Assembly: GCA_907165135.1 (NCBI GenBank)
Contig: OU015566.1
Span: forward strand, 6,076,001 to 6,140,000
Source of the DNA: Oikopleura dioica
Lineage: Eukaryota > Animalia > Chordata
Length of the DNA: 64,000 nt
Reading direction: 5' to 3'
Positions 34,801 through 46,479 of the stretch are shown piece after piece. The position numbers and the translations under genes were made by a program. The notes under the pieces were generated by a model. That model saw only the letters and a list, made by a program, of their open reading frames with translations. It made no database searches and had not been told where the DNA came from. Every line of letters begins with the position of its first letter. Within the stretch, counting starts at the first letter, position 1.

Positions 34801-35014
34801 TGACCGAGAAGGCCGATTCCTTTGAGCATCTTCAACTCGTTTTCTTAAAAAATCATCATCATCGACACTCACCATATACCACGGTAATATCGCTATTCAA
34901 ACAATCCTCCTTACCATTTTCTTGTTCTTCGACAACGTAGTAAATTTTCCCCTCTCTGGCTTCTTTAAGTTCCCTAAGGACTTTATACTTTCCATTCAGC
35001 ACCTGCCCAATCAT
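31827..35014 (-). CDS. Divergent Ser/Thr protein kinase with coiled coil and an unrecognised C-terminal domain (3' exons tentative)
   Basis: Spliced motifs: YVVKLFDNF, LILEYLPGGDL, HRDIKPENILM, KIADFN, GSMEYLAPE, DIWALG, HPF. Coiled coil in ORF 33292-33999. The join to the last two exons is not fully resolved. Confidence 0.85.
32019..33154. mobile_element. Foldback-like palindromic element with ~33-bp internal tandem repeats, interrupted by a nested TTAA element
   Basis: Arms GTAAAATAGGG.ACT.CCTTAATCGTCGTTAAAACGTTGCAT... are inverted. About 4 units on the left and 3 on the right. No TSD recognised. Confidence 0.75.
32381..33132. mobile_element. Kolobok-like MITE with ~200-bp TIRs and TTAA TSD
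   Basis: TTAA|GGATATAAGCTATGAATTTGAAC...GTTCAAATTCATAGCTTATATCC|TTAA. Confidence 0.85.
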
Positions 35015-35640
35015 GGTACAGTTGCGAACCTATGGACAAAAAACTGTAGCTCCCAGTATTTTGAATTTCTAAAAGGGAAAAGTGATGGTGGGCTAGCGCG
35101 GGCATGGCATTTTTATTATTTGCATTTTCTCAAATCGCAATTCAAATATTTCCAAAATCAAAAATCAAAATCACCGTTAATTGAATTGAACAAATTTTCA
35201 AACTGATTCTCAAAAACTAATGAGTAACTAATGACGTTGAAGAAGCATCTGCTTTAGATTCTAAAGTTTAGAAATATCAAATTTATGTACGACACAGAAA
35301 TGATTTTGGAAATCACGAGCGACTTCGTTTTGAATGCTTTTCCAAAAACAGACTCAGTAGAAATTTTTGACATTTGACTTGACAAATTATCTAATCCAAG
35401 AAAATCTATTTGATTTGGAAAGATACCGTAAATTCGAAATCGAGGGTCATGTTTTCTAAAACGCTTGGAAAAAAATAGTGTTTGGAATAAGCACACGTGG
35501 CGGGCTTGCTTTCTTTATCGCTTGATTACGGAAATAAATTTCGAATAAGAGTGTGCAGCAAATTTAATTTGCTCATTTTTCATATGTACAATTTATCAAA
35601 TTTGCTGATGGAAAAGGAAAAACAGCAGCTGTCTTGAAGA

Positions 35641-35807
35641 CTGCGCTTTGCAACCTGTGTATAAAACCTGAGTCAGGATTTGAATATCTTAAATGAAAAG
35701 CTAAGCGGCTTCGCACGTAGATAAAAAAAGACTGTAATAGTAATATCGCGAAGCCGTAAGATCTTCAAATCCTGACTCAGGTTTAATACACAGGTTGCCG
35801 AGTCAAG
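35641..35807. mobile_element. Intergenic copy of the CTGGGCTCGGCAACC MITE family
   Basis: Inverted arms GCAACCTGTGTAT.AAACCTGAGTCAGGATTTGAA; TSD not recognisable. Confidence 0.75.
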
Positions 35808-37106
35808 CTGACGTTTTTTTCAACGAAAAAGTCGTCAAATCCCCTTTTTTCCCTTAATTTTCTTAAAAAGGAAGGAGACACGTACCGAGTTTTTGTCGAG
35901 TTTATTTTCAAGTGTCATGAGCCGGATGGAACCGCCTTAAATCTTGTGCGGATTTCCTAAAATTCAACCGCAAGGAATAAAATAATGCATGTTACGACCC
36001 TCAAATTACAAGTCGCATATCTTCACTGTAGCTACTGTAGCGATAACTAGTTTTGAAGCTTTCAAGATTAGAATTCTTCAATAAAAATCCGCTTGCTACT
36101 TGGAAGTCTAAAAATGAAGCACGATGTAATTACAGCTCTGATAAAGTCAGGGCATTCCTTCAACTTTTCGCGAACTTTCTAAAAACTAAAGCGTCTGAGA
36201 TAGATGGCTTCCGCATTATGACAAGAAAAGAAAGAACGCCTAAATCTTTCTAAAAAAATGAAGTCCAAAGCATTTTTTTTCGGGGAATTTCTATCCATTT
36301 TTAGACCAATCAGATGTACAGTGAAACCCTAACTTAAGGCCAAGCAACTTAAGGCCACTTTTTTGAAAAATCCCCAAAATCTGTCATTCGCCTTAACGGC
36401 CAATCAGACATCAGAAAAATATTATAACACCGTTCAAAAAAGGAGGGTTGGAAATTTACCTTTTTTTATCGATTTTCTCTGATATTTGATTGGCCTATTA
36501 GTTAAACAACTAAATGCAAACATCTGATACTATCAGACTGATAGGTCGAAAATTTGACCAAAATTTTCCGGAATTCATGCTTGTAGTCTCATTTTTCAAA
36601 AGGCTAAAATTTATAAATTTATAATTTTATAATTTATAAATTATAAAAAAATCAAAGAAGTGAGTCAATGAGCAGCAAAATTGCCAGTTCATACAGTCAT
36701 ATTTTTCAGGAGATAAATTCATTACGGTTTTTGCGGAATGACGTAAATATTTTCTTTTGAAATACCATTCCCCAGATTACATTCGTATCTATCCGGACCT
36801 AACTTCAGGTTTGCGGTATTTTGATCCAAGGGTTCTAATAAGGCAAAAGCAGGAATCGTTAGAAGTTCAGAAAGTCACCGCTTTCGGAAAATCGTTGTTG
36901 CAAACAATGTCAAGCGGCGAGTCAGATAATGAATACTGCTACGTTCGCAACCTCTATCTGTCAAAGCGAAAAAAATTTTATTCAAGTGGAATCACCTTTT
37001 GTGCTCTCGCTCTAGAGAAAGTGCAACTTTGCTTATTCAAAATACCGCATTTTCATTTTACCGAAAATATATTGACGGTGATTTTGATAAATATGATTTC
37101 CCTGAC

Positions 37107-37531
37107 CAGAGTTGCAAATTTGCTGAGCTGAGTGAGCTGAGCTGGCTGTGTGAGCTGAGCAGTCGCTCAGCTCAGCTCAGCTCAGTGATTTTGGAAAATG
37201 ATCTGATCTGCTCAGCTCAGACAATTTTCACTCAGCTCAGCTCAGCTCAGCTCAATTATTTTCGAGCATGATCTGTTCTGCTCAGCTCAGCTAAGCTCAG
37301 ACAACTATCATTTAGCTTAGCTCAGCTCAGCTCAATGATTTGAGTACAATTTTACTACCAAAAAACAGTAAAAAACAGCTCAGCTCAGCTCAATCAGCTC
37401 AGCTCAGCTCAGCTCCGCTCCGCTCAATGACCTCCGAAAAAGGCCAGCTCAGCTCAGCTCAGTAACCTCCGAAATAGGCAAGCTCAGCTCAGAGAAATTT
37501 TTACTCAGGTCAGCTCAAATTTGCAACTCTG
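37107..37531. mobile_element. hAT-type MITE rich in (CTCAG)n
   Basis: 16-bp TIR CAGAGTTGCAAATTTG; perfect 8-bp TSD TCCCTGAC (37099-37106 and 37532-37539). Confidence 0.9.
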
Positions 37532-37989
37532 TCCCTGACCGACTTTTTTTGTCTTCTGAGAATCGTTGCTTCTTGGAAGTGAGCAAAAGTCTTGAATAAT
37601 AAGAGCAAAAGAAAACCAGTTATTTCCTCTTCGGCAGAAGCCCTCCCTTTCTAGCACTAGAATCGAAGAATAGGGGCTTGTCGTTTTTGCCCAGTTCACA
37701 GAAAAAGGAACCAATTTTTCTGAAAAGAGTTTTGATTGTTCGGTAGGCAAAATAGAGCAATCTTATTGGTCTTCAAAAACATACTTCTTTTTCTTGGTTT
37801 TTGCCAAAGAAACGGGAAGAACCAATTTTCGGAACAGATTTTAATGAGTAGGGTTTTGATTGGCCGGTAGGCCAAATACAGCAATCTTATTGGTAATCGA
37901 AAAATTCACTTCCAAATATTTGTTTAGTCTGAAAATCGACGTTAAAGTACGCTCTAAATTTGCATTTTCTCGATTTTCCGGACTGTATA

Positions 37990-38383
37990 CAGTAAAAACC
38001 CAAAAATTTGCCGGTTTTCAGATGTAAATTCCCGAAAAAGCGGCCAAATTCTGGGTTTTTTGCCGGGTAGCCAAGTTTCCCCTTCAAAAAGCAAAAATTC
38101 GAAATTTTTGAAAATCGGCATGATTTTCACATTTTTGATGAATTTTGTTCAAATTTTTGCTTGTTTGAAGACATTCTTATTAAAATTTAGTCATTTTTAA
38201 TGATTCAAACACTTTAAAAAAGCTAAAAATGATCAGGAATAGCATGATTTGGGCCGAATTCTGATTAAAAATTTTTTATTTTTGGAAAAGCGGCCAAATT
38301 TAGGGTTGATTTCAGGTTCCAAAAAGGCGGATTTAGAGAAAAAGCGGCCAAATTTTGGGTGGGCAATTTTTGGGTTTTCACTG
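37990..38383. mobile_element. Tc1/mariner-type MITE
   Basis: TA|CAGT(A/G)AAAACCCAAAAA...TTTTTGGGTTTTCACTG|TA. Confidence 0.8.
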
Positions 38384-38676
38384 TATACAATATGCTTCTA
38401 ATCTTAACCCTAACTGTAATCTCAACCTCTTCAATCAGCTCCTGATCAAGTTAGAATGAAATCATAGAGTTACAAAATTTTAAATATTATTATTGAAAAA
38501 GATGTGTCCTTGAATTTAACGCGGTGTTCTGAAAAAACATCAATGTTGTTTTTTTATATCTGCTTAGAAGAAGAAAACGCTCTATTTTTCTATTCCTACT
38601 CTGAATAAAATCAATTGGAAACTTTTCTTGGAAGTTTGAACTTTTGAATCGCAGTCAACAAATAAGGCCGCCACGG

Positions 38677-38699
38677 GGCCAATGCATAAACGTCAACCC
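38677..38699 (+). promoter_or_regulatory. Conserved upstream element shared with gene A
   Basis: Identical 23-mer to the reverse complement of 15893-15915. Confidence 0.6.
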
Positions 38700-39579
38700 T
38701 CTAGCCTTATTCTGTCTGAGTTATTCGAGCGGCGTCTAAAGCGGGGCAGAGAACAAACTCTCGCTTACGCTGATCTCTGACCCAAAATACTTTACGAGCG
38801 CGATTGCTTTTTTACCGGAGTTGCTCACTTTGGCGGCTTCTACGCTCAAGCACGTAAATAGGAAAAGTCAATGAATGCATACTCGAACCGAGCGGGGAGT
38901 ACCAAGTCAAGTGCTCGCTAAATGGCTTTTGGAAAGTATAATTTTGAGCACAAGAAATTTGAATTTTTCTTCGAAACAATCAATTTAAAATTATTGAATC
39001 TTGCAACAACAATTACGACTGACTAAAAAAGAAACTAAAACAATTTATGGAAGTGGATGTCTGGATAACCAATAAGATAGCTGTCTTTAGCCTACCGGCC
39101 AATCAAAACCCTGATGCTTAAAATCATTTCCATAAATTGGTTAAGCCCTAAAAAATACAGTTTACTTCACTGATTTGTCTAATGTTATTTTAAAGATATA
39201 TAATAATATAAATAAATATTGTTTTAATAGATAATACAGCAGGTCAAATACAGTAGGTCAAATACAGCAATCTTATTGGTATCCAGAGATGACATTTCCT
39301 TTTTGCATTTGCCTTAAAAAATGTGGCTCTATTATCATTTTCTATTTTTGCTTTGACCCATATTTTTGAGCTCAACCAAAAATTCAGGCGACGACATGAA
39401 AATACAGCAACGTTAATCTAATCGAAAATTTCCAGGGCTAAAGAATGAGATCAATCAGAGGAAGCGGACTTATCCTGGGCTGGGCGGCGCGCAAAAGTAG
39501 CTTTACGCGCGGCGTAAACGAACTCGCGCGCACCACCGTGCACCATGCACCGCCAACGACGACCCATTGACATGAGCTG

Positions 39580-39615
39580 GATGCCACCTTGCGACCCAGT
39601 TTCCAATATAAGCGC
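39580..39615 (+). promoter_or_regulatory. Core promoter of gene C with a TATA-like box, conserved in gene A
   Basis: GATGCCACCT(T/G)GCGACCCAGTTT(C/T)CAATATAAGCG is present upstream of both C and A (~15328-15361, minus strand). Confidence 0.65.
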
Positions 39616-39666
39616 GTTTATGGCCCTTGCTCAAATCATACTCAGCCAAAGAGAAAAAACGAAGAA

Positions 39667-42600
39667 ATGAAGCTGTTGTCAGCAGTCATTTCTTCAGCTT
39701 TAGCTGCCAGAGAGCCAGAGTAAGTATTTTTGCGAATTTTATTTTTTATTTTTTTTTGCAATTTTTTTACCAATTTATAGTTTTTTTGGGAAAATTTCAT
39801 CCCCTATTCTGTTTATTCATAAATCTGATCGAAAATTCTAGTGCCGAAAGGCGACTCGAGAAGATCACAGCTCGAGCAACTGAGCTCAATGCATTCGTCC
39901 AGTCCTACGACAAATCATCCCAGAAGCAAAAAGACTCCGTTGACAAATGGGTGACCCGACTCCTCGCCGACCTCAACAACATCGACACGTCCAAATGCCC
40001 CCTTCCAGCGGAAGAAGATCGATACAACGACGAAATCGACACGATCGAAGATCTCTGCTCCGGCGCTGAACGAGTTCCCTCGATGATTCGAAGCTACGCT
40101 AGAAGATTCGGCTGCGTGGAAGGATTCCCAAAGCGAAAATTCTTGGAGAAGGTGATCAAGCGATCCCATAAGCTGAAAAAGGTCGCCCTCCGAGCTGGAC
40201 GATGCAACAAGCCCGCTCCGACCACCGAACCAACTCCAACCGAGGAGCCATCAACTCTCGCCCCAGTGACTGGCGTCTGTGACGCGGACCAACACGCTGT
40301 CTGCAGCAGTCTCGGAAACTCGGAGATTTTCTTCGAAAACGAATGGACTTGCCGAAACTGCTTCCGAATCAGAGCCTACTACGGAACTGGCGGTGGCTTC
40401 ACGTTCAACCCAAGAAAGGATTTCGTCAGCATCAAGTTCACCGAGCCAGTCTACTTCCAGAAATGGAACCATCCAATCCATCCGGACGGACCAGTTGAAG
40501 TTGCAGGAAGCAACAAGCACCACTGGAAGATGAACTTCAAGGAAGACGGCAACTTCCTTTCTGGAATGATGTTCGACGCTGAACTCATCACTTCCGATCT
40601 TGACCTCTGGGTTGATGGCCAGTGGATCATCGACTCTGCCCAGTCCTGCAGATGCAAAGACGGCCCTCCACCACCACCCGAATGCGTTCCAGCTGATCCA
40701 TGCAGCGGACGAGAAAACTGCGAAGCCTTCGTCGATAGCTGCGGAATCACTCCATCCAGAAACAACAATATTGCCACAACTACTGGTTCGCCAGCTTTCA
40801 AGGTTTCCGCTGAAGTCAAATGCGGAGAGATTCCTGATGATTGGCAAAACATCATCCACATCAACGCTGGCAGCAGATGGGACGTCCTTGGCGACAGATA
40901 CTTTGCTCTTTTCGCTGGCCCTGAGACGATGAAATTCAGCGCTCCACTCAAAAACTCTGGAAACGTCCCCGGCGGCGGAAACTTCATGGTCAACCACTAC
41001 CCGAGCTGCACTCCTGGCGAGTGGAACAAATACCAAGTCGAGCAGCGATATACCGACGCTGAAGACACTCTCGAGCTCACCATGTCGATCGATGATGAAG
41101 TCTTTGTCACTCGAATTGTCGACGTAGCTGATGCTTACAGCGGTGATCTCTTTGTCGATGTCTCCAACGACTATCACGATTCTGCGACTGGCTTTGAAGT
41201 CAGAAACTTCTACCACCAGACCTTCCCTGAAGCTGAACCTTGCGACCCAGTTGACCCATGCGAGGGACGAGACAACTGCGATACTCTTGTAGATAGCTGC
41301 AGCATCCGACCTCAGCACAGCACTCAAATCGGATCAGTCGAAGGAAACGCTGTCTACAGCGCTAGCGTTGATGTTTTCTGCCGCCGAACTGAAGGTCACT
41401 CCTGGCAGAGCGTCGTCCACATGACTCAAGGTGGATACAGAGAGAACTTCGGAGACAGATACTTCACTATCTGGCAACGAGATGATGGAAAGCTCAAAAT
41501 CAACGCTCCTCTCAAGGGCAACACTCAATTCGACGAGGTCGAATACTTTGTCGACTGCGAAGATAACTCCTGGACTAACATCGCTGTCAAGCAAACTCAG
41601 ATCGATTTTGGCCGACTCGAACTCACCGTCTTCCAAGATGAAAACGCTCTCGGCTCCAACATCATCCACCACACTGATGCCTTCGTCGGCCCAGTTGAGG
41701 TCTGGTCCGGAAACAGCTGGTTCGAACCTGCCAGTTTCTTCAAGATCAAGAACTTTGTCCACTCATCCCGACCCTATGAACCTGAGCCATGCGATGCAAC
41801 TGATCCATGCGAAGGTCTTGAAAGCTGCGAGACCTTCCAGGACAGCTGCGGAGTCGCTCCATTCAGAGGAAACCGACTTGCCGAGTCTAACGGACATCTC
41901 GGATTCAAAATCTCCGCTGAGGTTCAGTGCACTGACCGAGTTGCTCCTTCCTGGGAAAACGTTCTCCACGTTCACACTGGCACCAACCGAGAGAACTTCG
42001 GTGATCGGTACTTCACAATCTGGAAGGAAGCCAACAAACCCGACGGAATCAGAATCGTCGCTCCGGCCTTTGAAAACCCTCTTTACGAACTCAACGCTTA
42101 CGTTTCCTGCTCTCCCGGCTGGCATACGTTCACCGTCCAACAATCTGAGTCCAGCAAGAACTACATGCTCCTCGAAATTTTGATGGACGGAGTTGTTGTC
42201 GAATCTCAGGAAGTCCGAAAAACTGATACATACCAGGGCCCACTCTTTGTCGAAGCATCCAATGAATTTGCTTGGCCGGCTGCCTATGATCACGTCGTCC
42301 GAAACTTCTACCACCAGGACATCACCTGCTACGATCCATGTGAGGGCAAAGATAACTGCGAGACCTTCATCGATTCTTGTGCCATCAACCCCGTTCGAAA
42401 CAACCGCCTCACTAACATCGTCGCTTCCGTCAACCACGTCACATCTGTCGATGTCCTCTGCACTTACGTCGAGTCCAGCAGCTACATGAACTTTGTGCAG
42501 ATTACAAACGAGTCCATGGACGGAAACCCAGGAAACCGATTCTTCGTTGTCAACCGACGACCTGACTCTCAAGGAATCACAGTCACCTTCAACAACCCCG

Positions 42601-45092
42601 ATGCGTCCAGATACATGTCCGGAACAACTCCCTTCGAATGTGTCCCCGGCGAATGGTACACCTTCCAACTCGAACAAAGACAAGACGAAGCCAACCCAGC
42701 TGTCACCAACATGGTTGTCACCATCAACGGCGACGTTGTCAAGGAAGTCTCCACTGCCACCAGCGGAGTTATCAATGGCGGCGAATTCAAAGTCATGGCT
42801 TCGAACAAGTGGAACAGCGCTGCTGAGGACTACTCAATCCGAAATTTCTACTACCAGACCTTTGAAGAAGTTCCTTATTGCTTTGATCCATGCGACGGAG
42901 AAGATGGCAACTGCCAGACTCTTGTCGACTCTTGCGAAATCAATCCATCCCAAAACAACCAGCTCGATTCAATCACCGCTTCTGTGAATTTCGACTTGTC
43001 TTTCGATCTTCTCTGCTCAAACAACATGGCGCACGGAGAATGGACCAACATCCTCTGGATCGTACGAGCCAGGGATAACCAACGAATGATGGGTCTCTTC
43101 AAGAACAGTGATGATCACCGACTCCGCCTGAATACTGCTAACCCAGAAGTCACCGGCACCGCCAATCCCTTTTTGTCTAAAGGATGGAGTGAATGTACCG
43201 ATGGAGAATGGTCAACTATTCGATATCACCAACAACAGAACGCTGCTAATCCAGCTGTCACTGACGTCACTGTAACCAACAACGACGAAGTTGTTATTTC
43301 AGCTAGCTTTGCCACTGGACTCGTGACCAAGGATGAGGAACTCGAAGTCTTCGTCTCCAACCATTTCAACCCATCTGGTTCTGACTACGCTATCCGAAAC
43401 TTTGTCTACAAGACTTCTGAAGAAAATCTCGGCTCTGATCCATGTGATGGCAAAGCCAACTGCGTCACTTTGATCAATTCTTACGCCCAAACCCCGGCGA
43501 AGAACAACCAGATCGGCTCAATCACCGCTGCAATCAACTTTGAAGTTGCTGCTAACGTCCTCTGCACCGACGAAATGGATGTTGATGAGTGGTACAATCT
43601 CATCCACATGACCATAGGCGGCAATAATGGTGAACTCGGTGATCGATTTTTCAAGATCTCGCAGAAGAGAGGTTCTCATGAGCTGATGATCAACATGGCC
43701 AGCCCCGAAGAGGATAACGGAACTCGAGGTACTTTCCACATTTGCACACCAGGTGAATGGAACGAATACAAGCTCGTCCAGGCGCAAAATCCTGACTGGC
43801 CATCGCACACCTACTCGACCGTTTATGTCGACGGAGTTGAGATCTTCCAGATTCGATCTGACACCCACGAAGTCCTTAATGGAGATAATATCGACGTCTT
43901 CTTCTCTGATAACTGGCATCAGTCCGCTGACGCTTATCACGTCCAGAACTTCTACTACCAGACCTTTGCTGATATCGACTATGGAATCATCCCGTTGAAA
44001 GACTGCCGAGAAGAAACTCTCTGCGAAATCGTCGGTGATGACTCTCAAGCCGCCATCAAGGACTACCATGTTGCCACTGTGACAGCTGCAGTCAACTTCG
44101 GAATCTCCGTTGATGTCCTTTGTGAGGCAATGCCTGTTGGCAACTGGTACAATCTCATCCACATGACTATGGACGGTAACAATGCTGTTCTTGGCGACCG
44201 ATTTTTCCTCGTCTCCCAGCACACTTCAACTGAAGAACTCCTCATCGACGTTGCTGATCCAAACCAGCCAAACGGAAGCTCCGGCCGACGCGCCGCATGC
44301 CCAGCTGGCGAGTGGATAACCATCGAAGTCGATCAGTCTCAGGACGCATCTGACCCAAGTGTCACTACTTTCACAGTCAACGTCGATGGCGTCGAGATTT
44401 ACTCTCGATCGGCTGCTACAGAAGCTGTTCTTGCAAGCGGAGAAGTCCAGGTCTACGTTTCTGACCCATGGCACCGAGCTGCTAGCTCCTACCAGATCAA
44501 GAGATTCGTCTACGAGCGATTCGCTGATGTCCCCCTCGGTCCCCAGAACTGCAACGACGTCGACAACTGCGTCATCGTCGGTGCTGATTCCGTCTCTCCC
44601 GTCCAGGGCAATCTTGCCGCCACAATCACCGCTGTCAAGAACTACAAATTCTCGATCGACATCAAGTGCGACCACTCTCTCCCCTTCGACGGCTTCAAAA
44701 ACATCTTCCACGTAACCACTGGCCCCAACGACGGCGTCTACGGTTCTCGCCAGTTTGCCATCTGGAGATCGAGCAACGAGAACAAAATGCACATCACTAC
44801 CGCTAATCCAAAGGCAGCAGGTGGTCACTCGAGAAATTACTTCAACTGCATCGACGGAGAATGGAACACCTACACTTTCGAGCAGCACCAACAGGCTCCC
44901 AACCGACGCCAATGGATCTGGTTTAAACTCTCCATCGACGGAGTCAGACAATACTCCAAACGATTCAACGACGACGACTATCCAGTCCTCGACGGCGAGC
45001 AGATGAACGTCTGGATTTCCAACGAAGCTGCCGACGCTGCTTCCACCTTTGAAATCAGAAACTTTTCTTACGAAAAATACCCAGATCTTTAA
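39667..45092 (+). CDS. Lectin-array gene C (~1767 aa): secreted, 8 LamG/ConA-like repeats
   Basis: Exons 39667-39719 and 39842-45092 sum to 5304 nt. Same 53-bp exon 1 as genes A and B. Confidence 0.93.
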
Positions 45093-46479
45093 ATCGAAAA
45101 AACTCCTTATGAAATTATTTCAAATTTTGCTACTCCTTCTGTAAATAACAACCCATTCTTCTCTATCTATCTTTATTAATAAAAAAATCAAAAAAACATC
45201 GGTCTTCTATCTTTAGCAGGGTAAAAAGCATTCAGTCATTCCGCATTGTCGTAAAAAGAATAAAATTTGCAAAAAGCTTGTTTTTAAACCAAACGGACAT
45301 TGTTTTACGTGACAATTTTGATGACAAACCTACCGAGTGGTATAAACATTAATTTTGCAATCGAGCCCGTTGGAAGATCTAAAAAGCTATTTTGATTAAA
45401 TCATCTTATCCAGCCAGTTGCTAAAAACTGACATTTTGACCCACGTCATCATAAAAAGAAAGAAAACGCGACATAACCTCTAGTAGAGGTCCTCTACAGA
45501 ACTAGGCGGGGTTTATGAAAGGTTCAGAATTTGCACTGTCACTCGGGAAGCCAAGTCAAGTGCCCCCACTTAATATGCGTTCTCCCAGCCTAGTTTTCTT
45601 AAAATATTCGACTTGCAAAAAGACACTGGTCATTTTAAGTGCACGCCCTCCAAAGTTTACAAATTGACATACTTGTTGCTTTCAAGAAAATGAACAATTT
45701 ACACGTCAGAATTTTAAGTTTTCAATTATCTCCAAAGATGCGGACTGTCCTCGTTTAAGGAGACCCCCCCCCCGTCAGCTTTTTCTTCGAAAAATAAAAT
45801 TTTTTTAAAACACCATATTTTTGGTTCTTCATGCGTCCTCAGGTTAAATTTGCTTCAAAAACTTGATAAGAAGAATTTTTGACCAAGAAAAATCAATATT
45901 CTCGCCAAAATTAGGGAAATTCGTCAATTTTCGGCAAAAAGTCCAATTTTCAAATGCGATTTTAAAATTGCGATATTTGATTTTTCGAAATAGCTGATCT
46001 TAATTTCTTTGAGCAGTCTTTTTTGCCTTTTGTTTTATGATTTATAATTTTTATTAATCTCAATAAGCACCAGTTTATTATCACGTCCAGAAGCAAAAAT
46101 GAACCTGACTGGCCTTTTTTGTAGGAAGAATACAAAAGATAGAAAACGACCTTTTGGGGCAGATTAGAGAAGAAGTTCAGCTGTTCCGAAACTGTCAGGC
46201 CTAGCCAATTGAACCCGGCCTATTCCCAACAGCGATAGAGCAGGAGTGAAGATGAACGAAGATTCTTTTATTTTTCTCGAGTAGCGAAATTTTATTGCAT
46301 TGTTTTTTTAAATCCCCTGACTTGAGAAATAATTATGGGCTCTCATTATCGGAACATTGACGCCTCTCTTCGGTACTCTTCTTTAGAGAAAGGAATCGGC
46401 TAGACGTTCATTATTCTTATTTGACACTGTCTAAGATAGTCTGCATGATCTATTTTCTTAAATATTTTGGCCGATTCTA

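Noticed and set aside
36757-37271. ORFs near and across the hAT MITE
   Set aside because: No domain, start context or splice support; the SELSEL-type translation comes from the repeat.
37740-39280. Repeated AGCAATCTTATTGGT / GATTGGCCGGTAGGC motifs in both orientations
   Set aside because: Looks like degraded dispersed-repeat pieces (also at ~7055); no clear boundaries or function.
39627-39841. N-terminal extension of the 1821-aa ORF
   Set aside because: Read-through of intron 1 in another frame. The real start is the ATG at 39667 with a 53-bp exon shared by all three paralogs.
45755-46010. TTAA-GGAG start of another Kolobok-like element
   Set aside because: No matching right TIR found in the window.
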